The notes under the pieces are model-generated. The model was given only the letters and a program-made list of their open reading frames with translations. It ran no database searches and was not told the origin of the DNA. Positions 43,653 through 53,532 of a stretch of DNA of 64,000 nucleotides are shown here, piece after piece. Each line of letters opens with the position of its first letter. Positions within the stretch are counted from its first letter, which is position 1. Position numbers and translations under genes: made by a program. Source of the stretch: Candidatus Bathyarchaeota archaeon (GTDB lineage: Archaea > Thermoproteota > Bathyarchaeia > Bathyarchaeales > DTEX01); assembly GCA_018396995.1 (NCBI GenBank), contig JAGTQB010000005.1:15198-79197 (forward strand), written 5' to 3'.

Positions 43653-45053
43653 TTGCAGCAATATGATGTAATAATTGTTGGCGCTGGACCCGCGGGGATA
43701 TTCTCAGCCCTAGAACTTGCAAGTAACACTAACCTCAATATTCTTATGCTTGACAAGGGACCGGACTTAGATAAACGTAGGTGTCCGGCGAATAGGGGTC
43801 TTGGTTGCATAAGATGTGAGCCATGCTCATTGCTCTTCGGATGGGGTGGCGCCGGAGCGTTCAGCGATGGGAAACTCACGCTATCCACGTCCGTCGGTGG
43901 CTGGCTCAACGAGTATATTGGCGAGGAGAGACTTGCAAAGCTAATTAACTATGTTGATAATGTATATGTTAAATATGGCGGGCCGCAGAAGGTTTATGGC
44001 GAGGACATCGATGCCATTGAGAAGATTGAGCGTAAAGCCGCTTTAGCAGGGTTAATTTTAGTTAAGCAGAAGATTAGGCATCTAGGGACGGAGAAGTGTG
44101 CCCAAGTCCTTCAGAGGATCCGCAAGGACTTGAATAATAGGGTTGAAATAAGGACTAAAACTGAGGTTAAGAGCTTACTTGTGAAGAATGGTGTTGCTCA
44201 GGGCGTCGAGACAGCTGACGGTGAGAGGATTTATGGAAAATATGTTATTGTTGCCCCTGGCAGGAGTGGTGCCGAGTGGCTTAAGAGCGAGGCTCAGTCG
44301 CTTGGGCTGAGGACACTAAATAATCCAGTTGATGTGGGCATTAGGGTTGAAGTTCTAGCTGTAACAATGGAGGAGCTGACAAGCATTCTCTATGAGCCGA
44401 AGTTCATATATTATTCAAAGGCTTTCGACGACCAGGTTAGAACATTCTGCGTTAACCCCTATGGTGAGGTGATTACAGAAGCTTATGAAGATGTAATAAG
44501 CGTTAATGGGCAGAGCTACGCTGAGAGGAAGACTGAGAACACGAACTTCGCGGTGCTGGTCAGCACATCATTCACCTACCCGTTCCGTGAGCCGATAGCC
44601 TATGGAAAATATATTGCTAGGCTAGCAAACCTCTTAAGTGGAGGAGTGATTATTCAGCGTTTAGGAGACCTTGATGTGGGCAGGAGGTCTACTGAGGAGA
44701 GGATAAGCCGGAGCGTGGTTAAACCGACACTCAAGATTGCGACGCCAGGAGACCTGAGCTTCGTCCTACCATATAGATATCTCACTGACATAAAAGAGAT
44801 GCTTATGGCGCTTGATAAGGTAGCCCCTGGAATATACTCGAAGGATACGCTGCTTTATGGTGTTGAAGTCAAATTTTATTCATCAAGGCTTGAATTAAGT
44901 GAGTGTTTAGAGACTAGAGTGAGGAATCTATTTACGATAGGTGACGGTGCTGGAATAACCCGCGGTCTTGTTCAGGCAAGTGCCAGCGGTGTTATTGTGG
45001 CTGAGGAGATAATGCATAGGGAGAAAGAGCATGTTAAACATGGAGGCGATTAG
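43653..45053 (+). CDS. FAD-dependent protein (COG2509-like)
   Basis: YDVIIVGAGPAGIFSA Rossmann motif. The size and C-terminal GDGAGITRG fit the uncharacterised FAD-dependent dehydrogenase family. Confidence 0.65.
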   Translation: MQQYDVIIVGAGPAGIFSALELASNTNLNILMLDKGPDLDKRRCPANRGLGCIRCEPCSLLFGWGGAGAFSDGKLTLSTSVGGWLNEYIGEERLAKLINYVDNVYVKYGGPQKVYGEDIDAIEKIERKAALAGLILVKQKIRHLGTEKCAQVLQRIRKDLNNRVEIRTKTEVKSLLVKNGVAQGVETADGERIYGKYVIVAPGRSGAEWLKSEAQSLGLRTLNNPVDVGIRVEVLAVTMEELTSILYEPKFIYYSKAFDDQVRTFCVNPYGEVITEAYEDVISVNGQSYAERKTENTNFAVLVSTSFTYPFREPIAYGKYIARLANLLSGGVIIQRLGDLDVGRRSTEERISRSVVKPTLKIATPGDLSFVLPYRYLTDIKEMLMALDKVAPGIYSKDTLLYGVEVKFYSSRLELSECLETRVRNLFTIGDGAGITRGLVQASASGVIVAEEIMHREKEHVKHGGD

Positions 45054-45055
45054 CC

Positions 45056-46339
45056 TTACGGCTTGCGGAACATTAATGGTAGAATAGAGTAGACTTTAGC
45101 CGCGGCTAATAATCCATCTAAAGTAACATACTCGTTTGGGGCATGTGCAAGCTCCTCTATACCAGCGCCGAATCCCAAGCAGGGTATCCCAAGAGCCCTC
45201 TTCACTGGTAGGGCATCCGTTGCGCCAAGAAGTATCTTCAGTCTCGGCTCTATGCCAGTCGCCACCCTAATAGCATCCCTTAAACTCATCACAAACTCTG
45301 AATTATACCCTTCATAGTATCCTTCTTCCAAGCCAATAATGTCGACGCTCACCCCGCTTATTCCACTATCATCGATCAGTCTCTTAATATGCTCAGCGAG
45401 TTCCCCCGGGCTTGAGCCGGGCGAGACCCTTATGTCAAAGGATGCTTCAGCATAATCTGGTACAACATTAATCTTCACTCCGCCACTCATCATTGTTAGG
45501 CTGATTGTTGGGTAGTGGTATACCCTCCTTATGGCTTTCTCTTGTCCCCCATCTAAACCCTCCTTGGAGAGGAGATACTCTATACTTGACTCAATGGCCC
45601 CCTCAATATCCTCAGGGATCCTAAGTTTATAGTCCCCAGCCCTCCTAACCACCTCAACCGCGGAGATTAATTTGTCTATTGCGTTATCGCCATAGAATGG
45701 CATGCTTGCATGGGCTGTCCTACCAGTAGCTCTTAAACGTAGGCGCAAGTACCCCCTGCAACCAACGTCTATATACGGACTTTTAGCAGGATCCCTGCTG
45801 AGCGAGTCACCTATTAAGCAGGCGTCTCCACGCAGAAGCCGATTCTCAAGGAGCCATTTAGTCCCATTCAGTGAGCCCACCTCCTCATCACATGTGAACC
45901 AGAAGTCTACTGTAGCCCTGTCCTTACTATCTACCTCATTCAGAACCCTAGCCGCCACTATCGCAGCTGCGCATGAACCCTTCATGTCGCTCGCCCCCCT
46001 ACCATAAATTCTGTCGCCGGCGACCACTCCGCCAAATGGATCGTGAATCCACTCCTCACGCCTACCCTCCGGGACAACATCTATGTGGCCAAGCCAGATA
46101 ATCGTTCCCTCGCCTCCTTGAACCCTAACGTGGATATTGGCCTTCTCCTTCTCCCTAGAATATATCTTCGCACTCAACCCACTCTCCTCAAGGTGCGACC
46201 TAATGAACTCAGCGCACTCAAGCGTATTACTCGGCGGGGAGACTGTCTTAAACTTGATTAACTCAGAGGTTAAGGAGATGAGATCAAGCTTCAGCTCCTC
46301 AACTCTTTTAAGGGTGCTGTGAATTTTCTTCTCCATCAT
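45056..46339 (-). CDS. M20-family metallohydrolase (ArgE/DapE/LysK-like deacylase)
   Basis: GHIDVVP, GRGASDMKG and CDEEVGS motifs. Confidence 0.8.
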   Translation of the reverse strand: MMEKKIHSTLKRVEELKLDLISLTSELIKFKTVSPPSNTLECAEFIRSHLEESGLSAKIYSREKEKANIHVRVQGGEGTIIWLGHIDVVPEGRREEWIHDPFGGVVAGDRIYGRGASDMKGSCAAAIVAARVLNEVDSKDRATVDFWFTCDEEVGSLNGTKWLLENRLLRGDACLIGDSLSRDPAKSPYIDVGCRGYLRLRLRATGRTAHASMPFYGDNAIDKLISAVEVVRRAGDYKLRIPEDIEGAIESSIEYLLSKEGLDGGQEKAIRRVYHYPTISLTMMSGGVKINVVPDYAEASFDIRVSPGSSPGELAEHIKRLIDDSGISGVSVDIIGLEEGYYEGYNSEFVMSLRDAIRVATGIEPRLKILLGATDALPVKRALGIPCLGFGAGIEELAHAPNEYVTLDGLLAAAKVYSILPLMFRKP

Positions 46340-46358
46340 AAGGCTCTACCGAGCTAAG

Positions 46359-47531
46359 CTAAGTTACAATTTCATGTAACCTTCCATTTTCAGCGGCAAA
46401 TTTTATCTCCAGCATCGGCAGATCCATTGGGCTCTCAATTCTATCAACACCATATCTTCTGAGGAGACTTTGATACTTTAGAGTTAGCCTGCGCATCTCT
46501 GGGGAGGTTGGTCCAACGCATGGTGCTCCTGGAACCCTTGGGCTAACATCGAATACATAGAAAGCTAAACGCTTCTGCTCTGGGTCGTCTGGGTCATATG
46601 CCACAGCGCCTTGAAGTGCAAATAAGCCTATCATGCCCGGCGGATACTCCTCCTCACACACCCTCCTAAACCTCTCGGCAGCCTCATAGACTAATGGCTT
46701 CTGAGACTCCCTCATCGTCAACCCATAATGCCCTATCTCTTCATTTCTAATTGGAACATTTATTGATAGCTGATCCCTAGCTGGCAAGCTTAGTACTCCA
46801 TGGAGGTTTGTCTGCTTCCTATCGTCGAAGCCCAAGAATTCGAAGTCCCCTAAACAGTCTTTAAGCGCCCATCCCTGAAAGTTGGCGTTAAATTTTTGGC
46901 CGAGCACGTACTCCTCTATTCTGGCCCTCCTTAAGCCATCCTCATCTATTATGTCAGCCTTTATTAGCTCCTCAGCCCTCCTATAGTATTCCTCTGGCGA
47001 TGACGCATAGAAGAAGGCCCTTTCAAGAGGCTTCCTCTTCTGCTGAACCTTAACTATGACGAGCCTATCGATCTCCTCAGGCCTATTAAATTTCTTTGGG
47101 GTCTTTATCCCAGCCTTCTCGAGAAGCCAATACTGGTTTCTAGGGGCATTTCTCTCCTCAGCCCTTAAGAGAAACCTATTTCCATAAATTGGAACCATAA
47201 ACTTATTCTCAATATTATCGTATCCAACGTAAACTGAGAATGAGCGGTTTGGAATAAAGATCGTATTGATCTCTAGCAGTTTTTTCTGAACATCCTCTCT
47301 TATTATGTCCGAGAATTTATCCAGGATGATTACATGATCGAATAAGTGCCTATTATATCTGGCGTATAGTTCCTCTCTACCCCTCTGACATATTACAACG
47401 GTTGGGAAGCCAAAGGCCTTCGCAGAGACCCCCACCTCTTCAGCTGAATGTGATCCCAGAACGCCGATAGTTATCTTATCCGGATCATATTCCGAGACAA
47501 TTTTCTGGATCTCGGATCTATTAATAGCCAA
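46359..47531 (-). CDS. purP: PurP-family FAICAR synthetase paralog (ATP-grasp)
   Basis: ITIGVLGSHSAEEV... and an ATP-grasp layout. It is a paralog of the adjacent gene. Confidence 0.75.
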   Translation of the reverse strand: MAINRSEIQKIVSEYDPDKITIGVLGSHSAEEVGVSAKAFGFPTVVICQRGREELYARYNRHLFDHVIILDKFSDIIREDVQKKLLEINTIFIPNRSFSVYVGYDNIENKFMVPIYGNRFLLRAEERNAPRNQYWLLEKAGIKTPKKFNRPEEIDRLVIVKVQQKRKPLERAFFYASSPEEYYRRAEELIKADIIDEDGLRRARIEEYVLGQKFNANFQGWALKDCLGDFEFLGFDDRKQTNLHGVLSLPARDQLSINVPIRNEEIGHYGLTMRESQKPLVYEAAERFRRVCEEEYPPGMIGLFALQGAVAYDPDDPEQKRLAFYVFDVSPRVPGAPCVGPTSPEMRRLTLKYQSLLRRYGVDRIESPMDLPMLEIKFAAENGRLHEIVT

Positions 47532-47558
47532 GCATCCTTCACCAATAAGTAGTATAAG

Positions 47559-48569
47559 TCACCCTAATATTTCCTTTAACCTACCCTGCTCAATGGCTTC
47601 TCTTATCTCTAGAGCTATCCTGCGACCCGTACTCATTGGCTTGCCATGCTTTATAAGGGCGTATGGAGAGGTCTCCATGAAAACATTTGTTCCAGCAACT
47701 ATTCTTGCGGAGATTTCAAAGACATAGAATTTTAGGTCTGGTGTAACAACGGTCTCTAAACAGAATGGGCCCCAGATACCGGGGCTACATATCTCCCTTG
47801 AAACCCTGACAACTCTCTCACCCATCCTGAAGACTTCTGGCAATAGGGACTCTCTGAGCATTAATGGAAAATTTCCAACAATAGTATATGTTACATCTAT
47901 CCTACCCTGATCCTCAGCCGGGATCCTTCCTATTCCATCAGCGTTCGACTCATATCGCCTATCAAACCCCATGATCTCAAGCTCTCCACGTATAACCGAG
48001 TAAAAGTAGTGTATGTAAACTGGTATCCCAACAATATACTCCTGAATTGTATATTCTCTCAGCTCCCCAACTCTCTCAATCTTCTGCCAGAATTCCTGCT
48101 CATTCTTTACGAGGAAGTACCCCTGCCCACCTCTAGCTCCATAGAATTTGACTATTGCGAAGCAATCGATCTCTGAGGGGCTCCTAAACACCCTTGGCAG
48201 GTTAAGCCCAGCCCTCTCAAGCCAAATCCTCTGCCTCTCCCTATCCGCCTCCCAGAACAGTATTCTCCTATTGCCATAATGTAGGACCCTTAAATCCTCT
48301 ATAACCTTTGGTGGGACGTATGCTATCAGCGAGGCATGGGGGATTAAAATGGCATTACGCCTTATAAGATCGTCCTCAACCTTGTGGAATTCATCATACG
48401 ACTTTATCTCAATTATCTCATCCGCCACGCCGAAATGCCTGTAAATAAAGGCGTGGTCACTTCTGCACACGGCGATTGTTTTAAAGCCTTCATCCTTAGC
48501 TCCCCTTAATATCTGAAGTGCAGAATGACTTCCAAGGGTTGCTATAGAGTAATCTGCAACCCCAGCCAA
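47559..48569 (-). CDS. purP: 5-formaminoimidazole-4-carboxamide ribonucleotide (FAICAR) synthetase PurP
   Basis: YSIATLGSHSALQILRGAKDEGFKTIAVC closely follows the PurP N-terminal signature as I recall it. Confidence 0.85.
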   Translation of the reverse strand: MAGVADYSIATLGSHSALQILRGAKDEGFKTIAVCRSDHAFIYRHFGVADEIIEIKSYDEFHKVEDDLIRRNAILIPHASLIAYVPPKVIEDLRVLHYGNRRILFWEADRERQRIWLERAGLNLPRVFRSPSEIDCFAIVKFYGARGGQGYFLVKNEQEFWQKIERVGELREYTIQEYIVGIPVYIHYFYSVIRGELEIMGFDRRYESNADGIGRIPAEDQGRIDVTYTIVGNFPLMLRESLLPEVFRMGERVVRVSREICSPGIWGPFCLETVVTPDLKFYVFEISARIVAGTNVFMETSPYALIKHGKPMSTGRRIALEIREAIEQGRLKEILG

Positions 48570-48581
48570 GTTAAGTTCCTC

Positions 48582-49064
48582 CTAAACCATCTTGGGCACC
48601 CAGTATATTATCATGAAGTTTACAGCTATCGCAAACATTATTGAGAAGATCCACATTGCAACTCTCTTCATATAAATCTTCTTTGAGCCTAGGCTTTCAG
48701 GCATCACATATAGGGTTCCACTAAGTGATAGTATTGCTGAGAGGGTTATTGATGCGAGGAGGTAGCTGCTTATGCTTGGGTCAAAGGCAAGCCTAGATCC
48801 TAGAAGGGTTAAAGCTATGTAAGCTATGAATGAGCCGATTAATGCATATAAGAGTCCCTCGATTCCCTCCCTGCTGAGAACTGACATTATTACGAAAAAT
48901 AGCACTATTGATATGCATAATGCTGCGGAGATAATCCCCTCCTCCTCCGGAATAAGGTGGCTGAATGAACAAACTACGATAGTTATAAGTAGGAGGAGGA
49001 GCGAGATTAACCCCTGAATCATGAATATTTTTTCCTCACCCAGTCTCTTCATTAAATCCTTCAT
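48582..49064 (-). CDS. Membrane protein (about 5 TM), function unknown
   Basis: 160 aa and highly hydrophobic, with no motif I recognise. Confidence 0.45.
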   Translation of the reverse strand: MKDLMKRLGEEKIFMIQGLISLLLLLITIVVCSFSHLIPEEEGIISAALCISIVLFFVIMSVLSREGIEGLLYALIGSFIAYIALTLLGSRLAFDPSISSYLLASITLSAILSLSGTLYVMPESLGSKKIYMKRVAMWIFSIMFAIAVNFMIIYWVPKMV

Positions 49065-49290
49065 ACTCTCATTTTCATAGTGGGCCTAAACATTTATACC
49101 TTTTCATTATCACGTGTAACCAGCTGAAATATGGTGGAAACCTTACCTCCTTAGATCTATGGTAAAGAGACTTACTTCTGACCTGAATGTAAGGGTTCTC
49201 TTAATCCCTCTTGCAAAGCCTTTATTGCATAAGGCTTAAATGTTTTTGACGCATCTATGTCTTATAGATAAAGAAAATATGGTGAATTAG

Positions 49291-49515
49291 ATGCCAAAGT
49301 CTATTGTTAAGGTCTCCCAGAAGATTGGAGAGGGGAGAGGGGAAGAGGGCGCTAAATATATTAGTGTTAAAATACCGAAGGAGCTCATGGATGAGGTTGA
49401 TAGAATAGTCTCAGCTGGGGTTCTTGGGTATAAAAGTAGAATGGAGTTCATAAAGGATGCCGTGAGAGATAAAGTTTTGAGGCTTAAGGCTGAGATAAGC
49501 GATGAGAAGAGGTGA
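49291..49515 (+). CDS. Ribbon-helix-helix (CopG/Arc/MetJ-type) protein
   Basis: YISVKIPKELMDEVDRIV...YKSRMEFIKDAVRDKV follows the beta-alpha-alpha RHH pattern. Confidence 0.6.
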   Translation: MPKSIVKVSQKIGEGRGEEGAKYISVKIPKELMDEVDRIVSAGVLGYKSRMEFIKDAVRDKVLRLKAEISDEKR

Positions 49516-49736
49516 TAAGCCTAGAAGCTTTTAAGGATAGTCTTTTTGAGTTTATTGAGTTTAAGTGTGAGCCGTTTGATGTAGACTTCATTTATAGGCA
49601 GTGCATTCAACTAGTAGATAAACATCAAATCTACGAGGTACTTCACTAACTTGAGCTAGAAGGTAAAATAATAAGGTTCTCAGACGGACGCTATATTACG
49701 ACTAAGATTGCCGTAAAAAGGTGGCTGAGTCGTCAC
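49512..49736 (+). pseudogene. Winged-helix-like small ORF interrupted by an in-frame TAA
   Basis: GTG 49512 overlaps the RHH stop. The translation is ...QIYEVLH*LELEGKIIRFSDGRYITTK, with the stop at 49647-49649 inside the recognition-helix/wing pattern. Confidence 0.35.
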
Positions 49737-49933
49737 TTGGTTGACGTCGAAATACCTAGAGAGAGATCGCCGCCGAGATTGAGAAAGCAATGCATCTCCT
49801 ACCAAGAGCGTGGAGGACGATAGACTCATTCATTTCGGAAGCAATAAAAGAGTATATTAAAAAGGTTCTCAATATATGGAATGAAGAGCTTCATGGGAAA
49901 ATGGAGCTAGAGGGCTGGGATAAGGCGCCATAA
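49737..49933 (+). pseudogene. Second RHH gene, frameshifted in an (AG)n tract
   Basis: TTG 49737 gives MVDVEIPRE. The frame then changes within AGAGAGAGA (49758-49766), after which it reads IAAEIEKAMHLLPRAWRTIDSFISEAIKEYIKK.... Confidence 0.4.
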
Positions 49934-50020
49934 GCCATAAAACAAGCAACTTTTCCACGTAATGCCCTTGGGATAAAGGTTAAGGGTGCCATACCCCACA
50001 TTTTAAGTGGTTGATGGGCA

Positions 50021-51034
50021 ATGAGGGCCATGGTTATCAGGAGGATAGCACCCATTGAAGAGAACCCCCTAAGCTATGAGGAAGTCCAAACCCCGGAGCC
50101 GAGGGGGAAAGAAGTTCTAATTAGGGTTCACACATGCGGGATATGTAGGACAGAGCTTGATGAAGTAGAGGGGAGACTCCAACCTAAGATGCCAGTTATA
50201 CCAGGCCACCAGGTTGTGGGTAGAGTCATTGAGACAGGGCCTAATGTTGAGAGACTTGTGGTTGGGGACCGCATCGGTGTCGCCTGGATCTATTATTCAT
50301 GTGGTGTATGCCGCTTCTGTAAGAGGGGTTTAGAGAACCTATGTGAAAAGTTTATGGGAACCGGTTGTGATGCCGATGGGGGATACGCTGAGTACATGGT
50401 TGTCGATGAGGATTACGCCTACAGGATTCCAGAGGTTTTCTCCGATGTTGAGGCCGCGCCCCTCCTCTGTGCCGGGGCAATTGGATATAGAGCGCTTAAG
50501 CTCACTGGCATGGAGGACGGGGACACAATAGGGCTCTACGGCTTCGGCTCCTCAGCCCACATAGTATTCCAGCTCATAAGGCACCTTTACCCAAACAGTA
50601 AAATTTATGTCTTTACTAGGAGGCGTGGGGATGCTCCAGGGGAGCTTGCATCTAAGATGGGTGCTGACTGGGTTGGGGAGACGGGTGATACCCCACCATC
50701 AAAATTAAACTGCGCCATAGATACTACCCCCACAGGAATGCCTGTTAAGGAGGCTTTGAGGAATCTTGAGAGGGGAGGTAGGCTTGTAATGAACCTCATA
50801 AGGAAGGAGACGCCGATAACAGATTTAGATTACATGCAGCACCTATGGTGGGAGAGGGAGATAAAATCCGTCGCAAATATAACTAGAAGGGATGTAGCCG
50901 AGTTCCTTGATATAGCGGCAAGGGTCCCAATAAAGCCTGAAATAGTAGAGTTTAGGCTTAGAGAGGCAAATGAAGCTTTAAGGATGCTTAAGTATGGGAG
51001 ATACCGGGGCAGTGGGGTTCTAATAATAAAGTGA
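50021..51034 (+). CDS. Zinc-dependent alcohol dehydrogenase (MDR family)
   Basis: CGICRTELDE, GHQVVGRV and the structural-zinc cluster CGVCRFCKRGLENLC. Confidence 0.85.
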   Translation: MRAMVIRRIAPIEENPLSYEEVQTPEPRGKEVLIRVHTCGICRTELDEVEGRLQPKMPVIPGHQVVGRVIETGPNVERLVVGDRIGVAWIYYSCGVCRFCKRGLENLCEKFMGTGCDADGGYAEYMVVDEDYAYRIPEVFSDVEAAPLLCAGAIGYRALKLTGMEDGDTIGLYGFGSSAHIVFQLIRHLYPNSKIYVFTRRRGDAPGELASKMGADWVGETGDTPPSKLNCAIDTTPTGMPVKEALRNLERGGRLVMNLIRKETPITDLDYMQHLWWEREIKSVANITRRDVAEFLDIAARVPIKPEIVEFRLREANEALRMLKYGRYRGSGVLIIK

Positions 51035-51114
51035 GTTAAGACAAATAACTCGATAATTAATCTATATAAATGCTGGTAAGCTCGTGATGTAACAAAATTT
51101 GTGATGCGTCTTCA

Positions 51115-51402
51115 TCAGCTTCCTTCAGCCAGCTTCTTCTTAATCTCCCTATATGTCTCCACAGAAGATATTAACCTCAACATGTCATCAACACTTATAA
51201 GCTCTTTCTCTAAAGCCAGCTTCAGGGTCTCTATGGCCATATCTATCTTATCCTCAATCCTCTTCTTAACAATGCTTACTGTTGGCTGAGCCTTACCAAG
51301 CTTCTCAGCAGCCTCAGTAACATTCCTACACCTAAGCAATACATCTAAGACCCTAACCTCCTCCTCGGTCAGAAGCGTCCGCCCAAACTTCTTCTTCCTC
51401 AT
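51115..51402 (-). CDS. Tfx-like helix-turn-helix DNA-binding protein
   Basis: LLTEEEVRVLDVLLRCRNVTEAAEKLGKAQPTVSIVKKRIEDKI resembles the Tfx/LuxR-type HTH (LTExQ..VL.LR..G.tq.EIA..LG..R.NVS..E.R). It is divergent from the archaellin gene. Confidence 0.6.
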   Translation of the reverse strand: MRKKKFGRTLLTEEEVRVLDVLLRCRNVTEAAEKLGKAQPTVSIVKKRIEDKIDMAIETLKLALEKELISVDDMLRLISSVETYREIKKKLAEGS

Positions 51403-51545
51403 AGCATCGATCTCGGTCTTTTATTTATTAAATTGTAAATTATGAAAATAGTATTTATGCTTTTTGTATCAAATGTATCTCAAAGAAATTGCTTAAGATG
51501 TTTTTAAAATCTAGAAAGAATGCTCTATATTATTTGAACGAAAGG

Positions 51546-51598
51546 TTTATTTATATTATATTTACAATTTTGTAAATGAAATAAATGGAGGTGATTAG
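51546..51598 (+). promoter_or_regulatory. AT-rich promoter region and Shine-Dalgarno site of the archaellin gene
   Basis: TTTATTTATATTATATTT is TATA-like. GGAGGTGAT at 51587-51595 is complementary to the 16S 3' end motif and lies 3 nt before GTG 51599. Confidence 0.4.
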
Positions 51599-52300
51599 GT
51601 GGGAAGACGTTTTCTGAGGTGTAGAAGAGGAATTATAGGCATTGAAGCAGCTATAATACTGATAGCCTTCGTTATAATAGCTGCGGCATTTGCCTTCATG
51701 GCCATCAACATGGGGCTATTTGCAACCCAGAGGAGTAAGGACACAATATCTCAAGGCTTAAGGGAAGCCAGCAGCCCACTCCAAGTCGACGGAAACGTGT
51801 TTATCAGAGTTGTTAATGATGATCTAAAAATAAACGCTACAATAATCCCGCTAAGAGCCATGGGAGTAAAATATGTGCCAGTAGGCCAAAATGAAACTGT
51901 CGTCTCATTAAGCATAGTGAGTAGCAATGGAAACAGCAAAGCATACGCAAATATATATTATGGAGTAAACGCATCATATAACCCTACAGGACAAAGCTTC
52001 GATAATCTTGCTTTATGCGCATATGAATATGCGAAAGGTGCTCAGGAAAAAATGGGAATTATAAAATCAGGTGAGGACCCCAAGCTACCAGCTGCTGTCT
52101 TAATCGTTGAGAATAGTGATGGAGATGAAGCGCTTGACGCGTTTGAAAAGGGCTTCTTGGTAATTTTACTTGACGCGGTAGTCGAGCCGCGCGCAATTGT
52201 CACTGTTGAGATTAGGGTTGAGAGGAGTGCACCTTTAACTATTGAGTTTATGGTGCCTGAGTCTCTAACTAAGGCTTCATGGATGATGGTGTCGGGCTAG
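51599..52300 (+). CDS. arlB: Archaellin
   Basis: Class III signal peptide RCRRG/IIGIEAAIILIAFVIIAAAFAF, followed by a beta-rich domain. It is the first gene of the arl operon. Confidence 0.8.
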   Translation: MGRRFLRCRRGIIGIEAAIILIAFVIIAAAFAFMAINMGLFATQRSKDTISQGLREASSPLQVDGNVFIRVVNDDLKINATIIPLRAMGVKYVPVGQNETVVSLSIVSSNGNSKAYANIYYGVNASYNPTGQSFDNLALCAYEYAKGAQEKMGIIKSGEDPKLPAAVLIVENSDGDEALDAFEKGFLVILLDAVVEPRAIVTVEIRVERSAPLTIEFMVPESLTKASWMMVSG

Positions 52301-52359
52301 CGCGGCAGCCATTATGAACCTTATCCTAACCCTCTTTTTTCTTTTGGAGGTGATGAATT

Positions 52360-53022
52360 ATGAGTAGTGAAAAGTCTGGGATTAGGGGCGATTTAGATCT
52401 GCGGGATGAGGTGGAGAAGCTTAAGTCTGGTGTGGATAAGGCGATTAGTGAGCTTAAGTGTGAGATTGAGGATTTGAAGAATGCGCTCGTAGAGCTTAAG
52501 TCTTCCTTGAATGAGATAGAAAATCCATTTAATCTACTGTCCTCCCTCGTGAGCGACGAGGATTTTAAGAAGATTACGGCGCAGGCTGGTGCAGCTGAAA
52601 AGGAGAAGGTTGGTCCCGAGAAAGCTGAGGAGAAGAGGGAAGAGGAGAGGGTTAAGGAGCCTCATCTGCTGGGCGCGGTCCTTTCAGAGGCAGACTATAA
52701 TACTTGCATTTCACTCATCAAATGGGTTTGGACTCTACTAGACCTTGGCTTTGACATAGATGATATAGAGAAAATATCGAGGTACTGTGAATTCTTCAGC
52801 TTGCTTCAAAAGGGCTCATCACACTACATAAGCCTAATCGCCCCAGCCGTGGAGAAGGCTAGGGCTTTAAACCTAAGCGATGATGTAGTAGCCTTAAGCA
52901 TTTATGGGGCCGCCAAGGCATCCGGCGCCAAAGTAAAAATTGAAGATGTAACAGACCTAGCCTTTAATGCCCTCAGGAAACTCATATCCAGGCCCCCTGA
53001 GAGCATAGGTCTGAAAAGGTAG
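52360..53022 (+). CDS. Archaellum accessory coiled-coil protein (ArlX position, ArlC/D/E-like sequence)
   Basis: An N-terminal coiled coil (EVEKLKSGVDKAISELKCEIEDLKNALVELK...IENPF) and a C-terminal LIKWVWTLLDLGFDIDDIEKISRYCEFF. From memory, the latter resembles the FlaD/E WxxFL...G...YY motif. No TM segment. Confidence 0.5.
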   Translation: MSSEKSGIRGDLDLRDEVEKLKSGVDKAISELKCEIEDLKNALVELKSSLNEIENPFNLLSSLVSDEDFKKITAQAGAAEKEKVGPEKAEEKREEERVKEPHLLGAVLSEADYNTCISLIKWVWTLLDLGFDIDDIEKISRYCEFFSLLQKGSSHYISLIAPAVEKARALNLSDDVVALSIYGAAKASGAKVKIEDVTDLAFNALRKLISRPPESIGLKR

Positions 53023-53031
53023 ATCCGGGAG

Positions 53032-53529
53032 ATGGGCTCAGTAACTATAAGCGAGATGATAATATTGATGGCGGCTACACTCATGGCGGGCAGCTTCGCA
53101 GCCTACGCCATATTCTACGGCAACCTCATCCAGAGCAACGTCGCCTCATCAATGGACGCTGTAAGACAACAGGTGAACATTAGGATTAAGATAATATATG
53201 CTACAGTGAACGAAAGCGAGGGCTGCTTCGTTATATATGTGAAGAATATCGGACACCTTCCAATCCTAAACTCATCATTCCCCTACATGGACTTATATGT
53301 CGGTCCATATAAGAGAGCGGCATTATACAAATATGATCCCGGATCCCCCCGCGCGGGCTTCTTCCTGATATTGGATGCTGACGGAGATTGCGTATGGGAG
53401 GCTGGTGAAACAGCTATATTCAAAGCCTTCTATGATAGAGCCCCTGAGGGGGGTGAGCTCCTCTACGAGGTGAGGATATGCTTACGTAATGGTTTAGGGG
53501 ATAGCTACCTCTTCACTCTTCCAGTATAG
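53032..53529 (+). CDS. arlG: Archaellum protein ArlG-like (FlaG)
   Basis: N-terminal TM (ISEMIILMAATLMAGSFAAYAI) plus a beta-sandwich with VIYVKNIGHLPI. Assigned by operon order. Confidence 0.6.
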   Translation: MGSVTISEMIILMAATLMAGSFAAYAIFYGNLIQSNVASSMDAVRQQVNIRIKIIYATVNESEGCFVIYVKNIGHLPILNSSFPYMDLYVGPYKRAALYKYDPGSPRAGFFLILDADGDCVWEAGETAIFKAFYDRAPEGGELLYEVRICLRNGLGDSYLFTLPV

Positions 53530-53532
53530 GAG

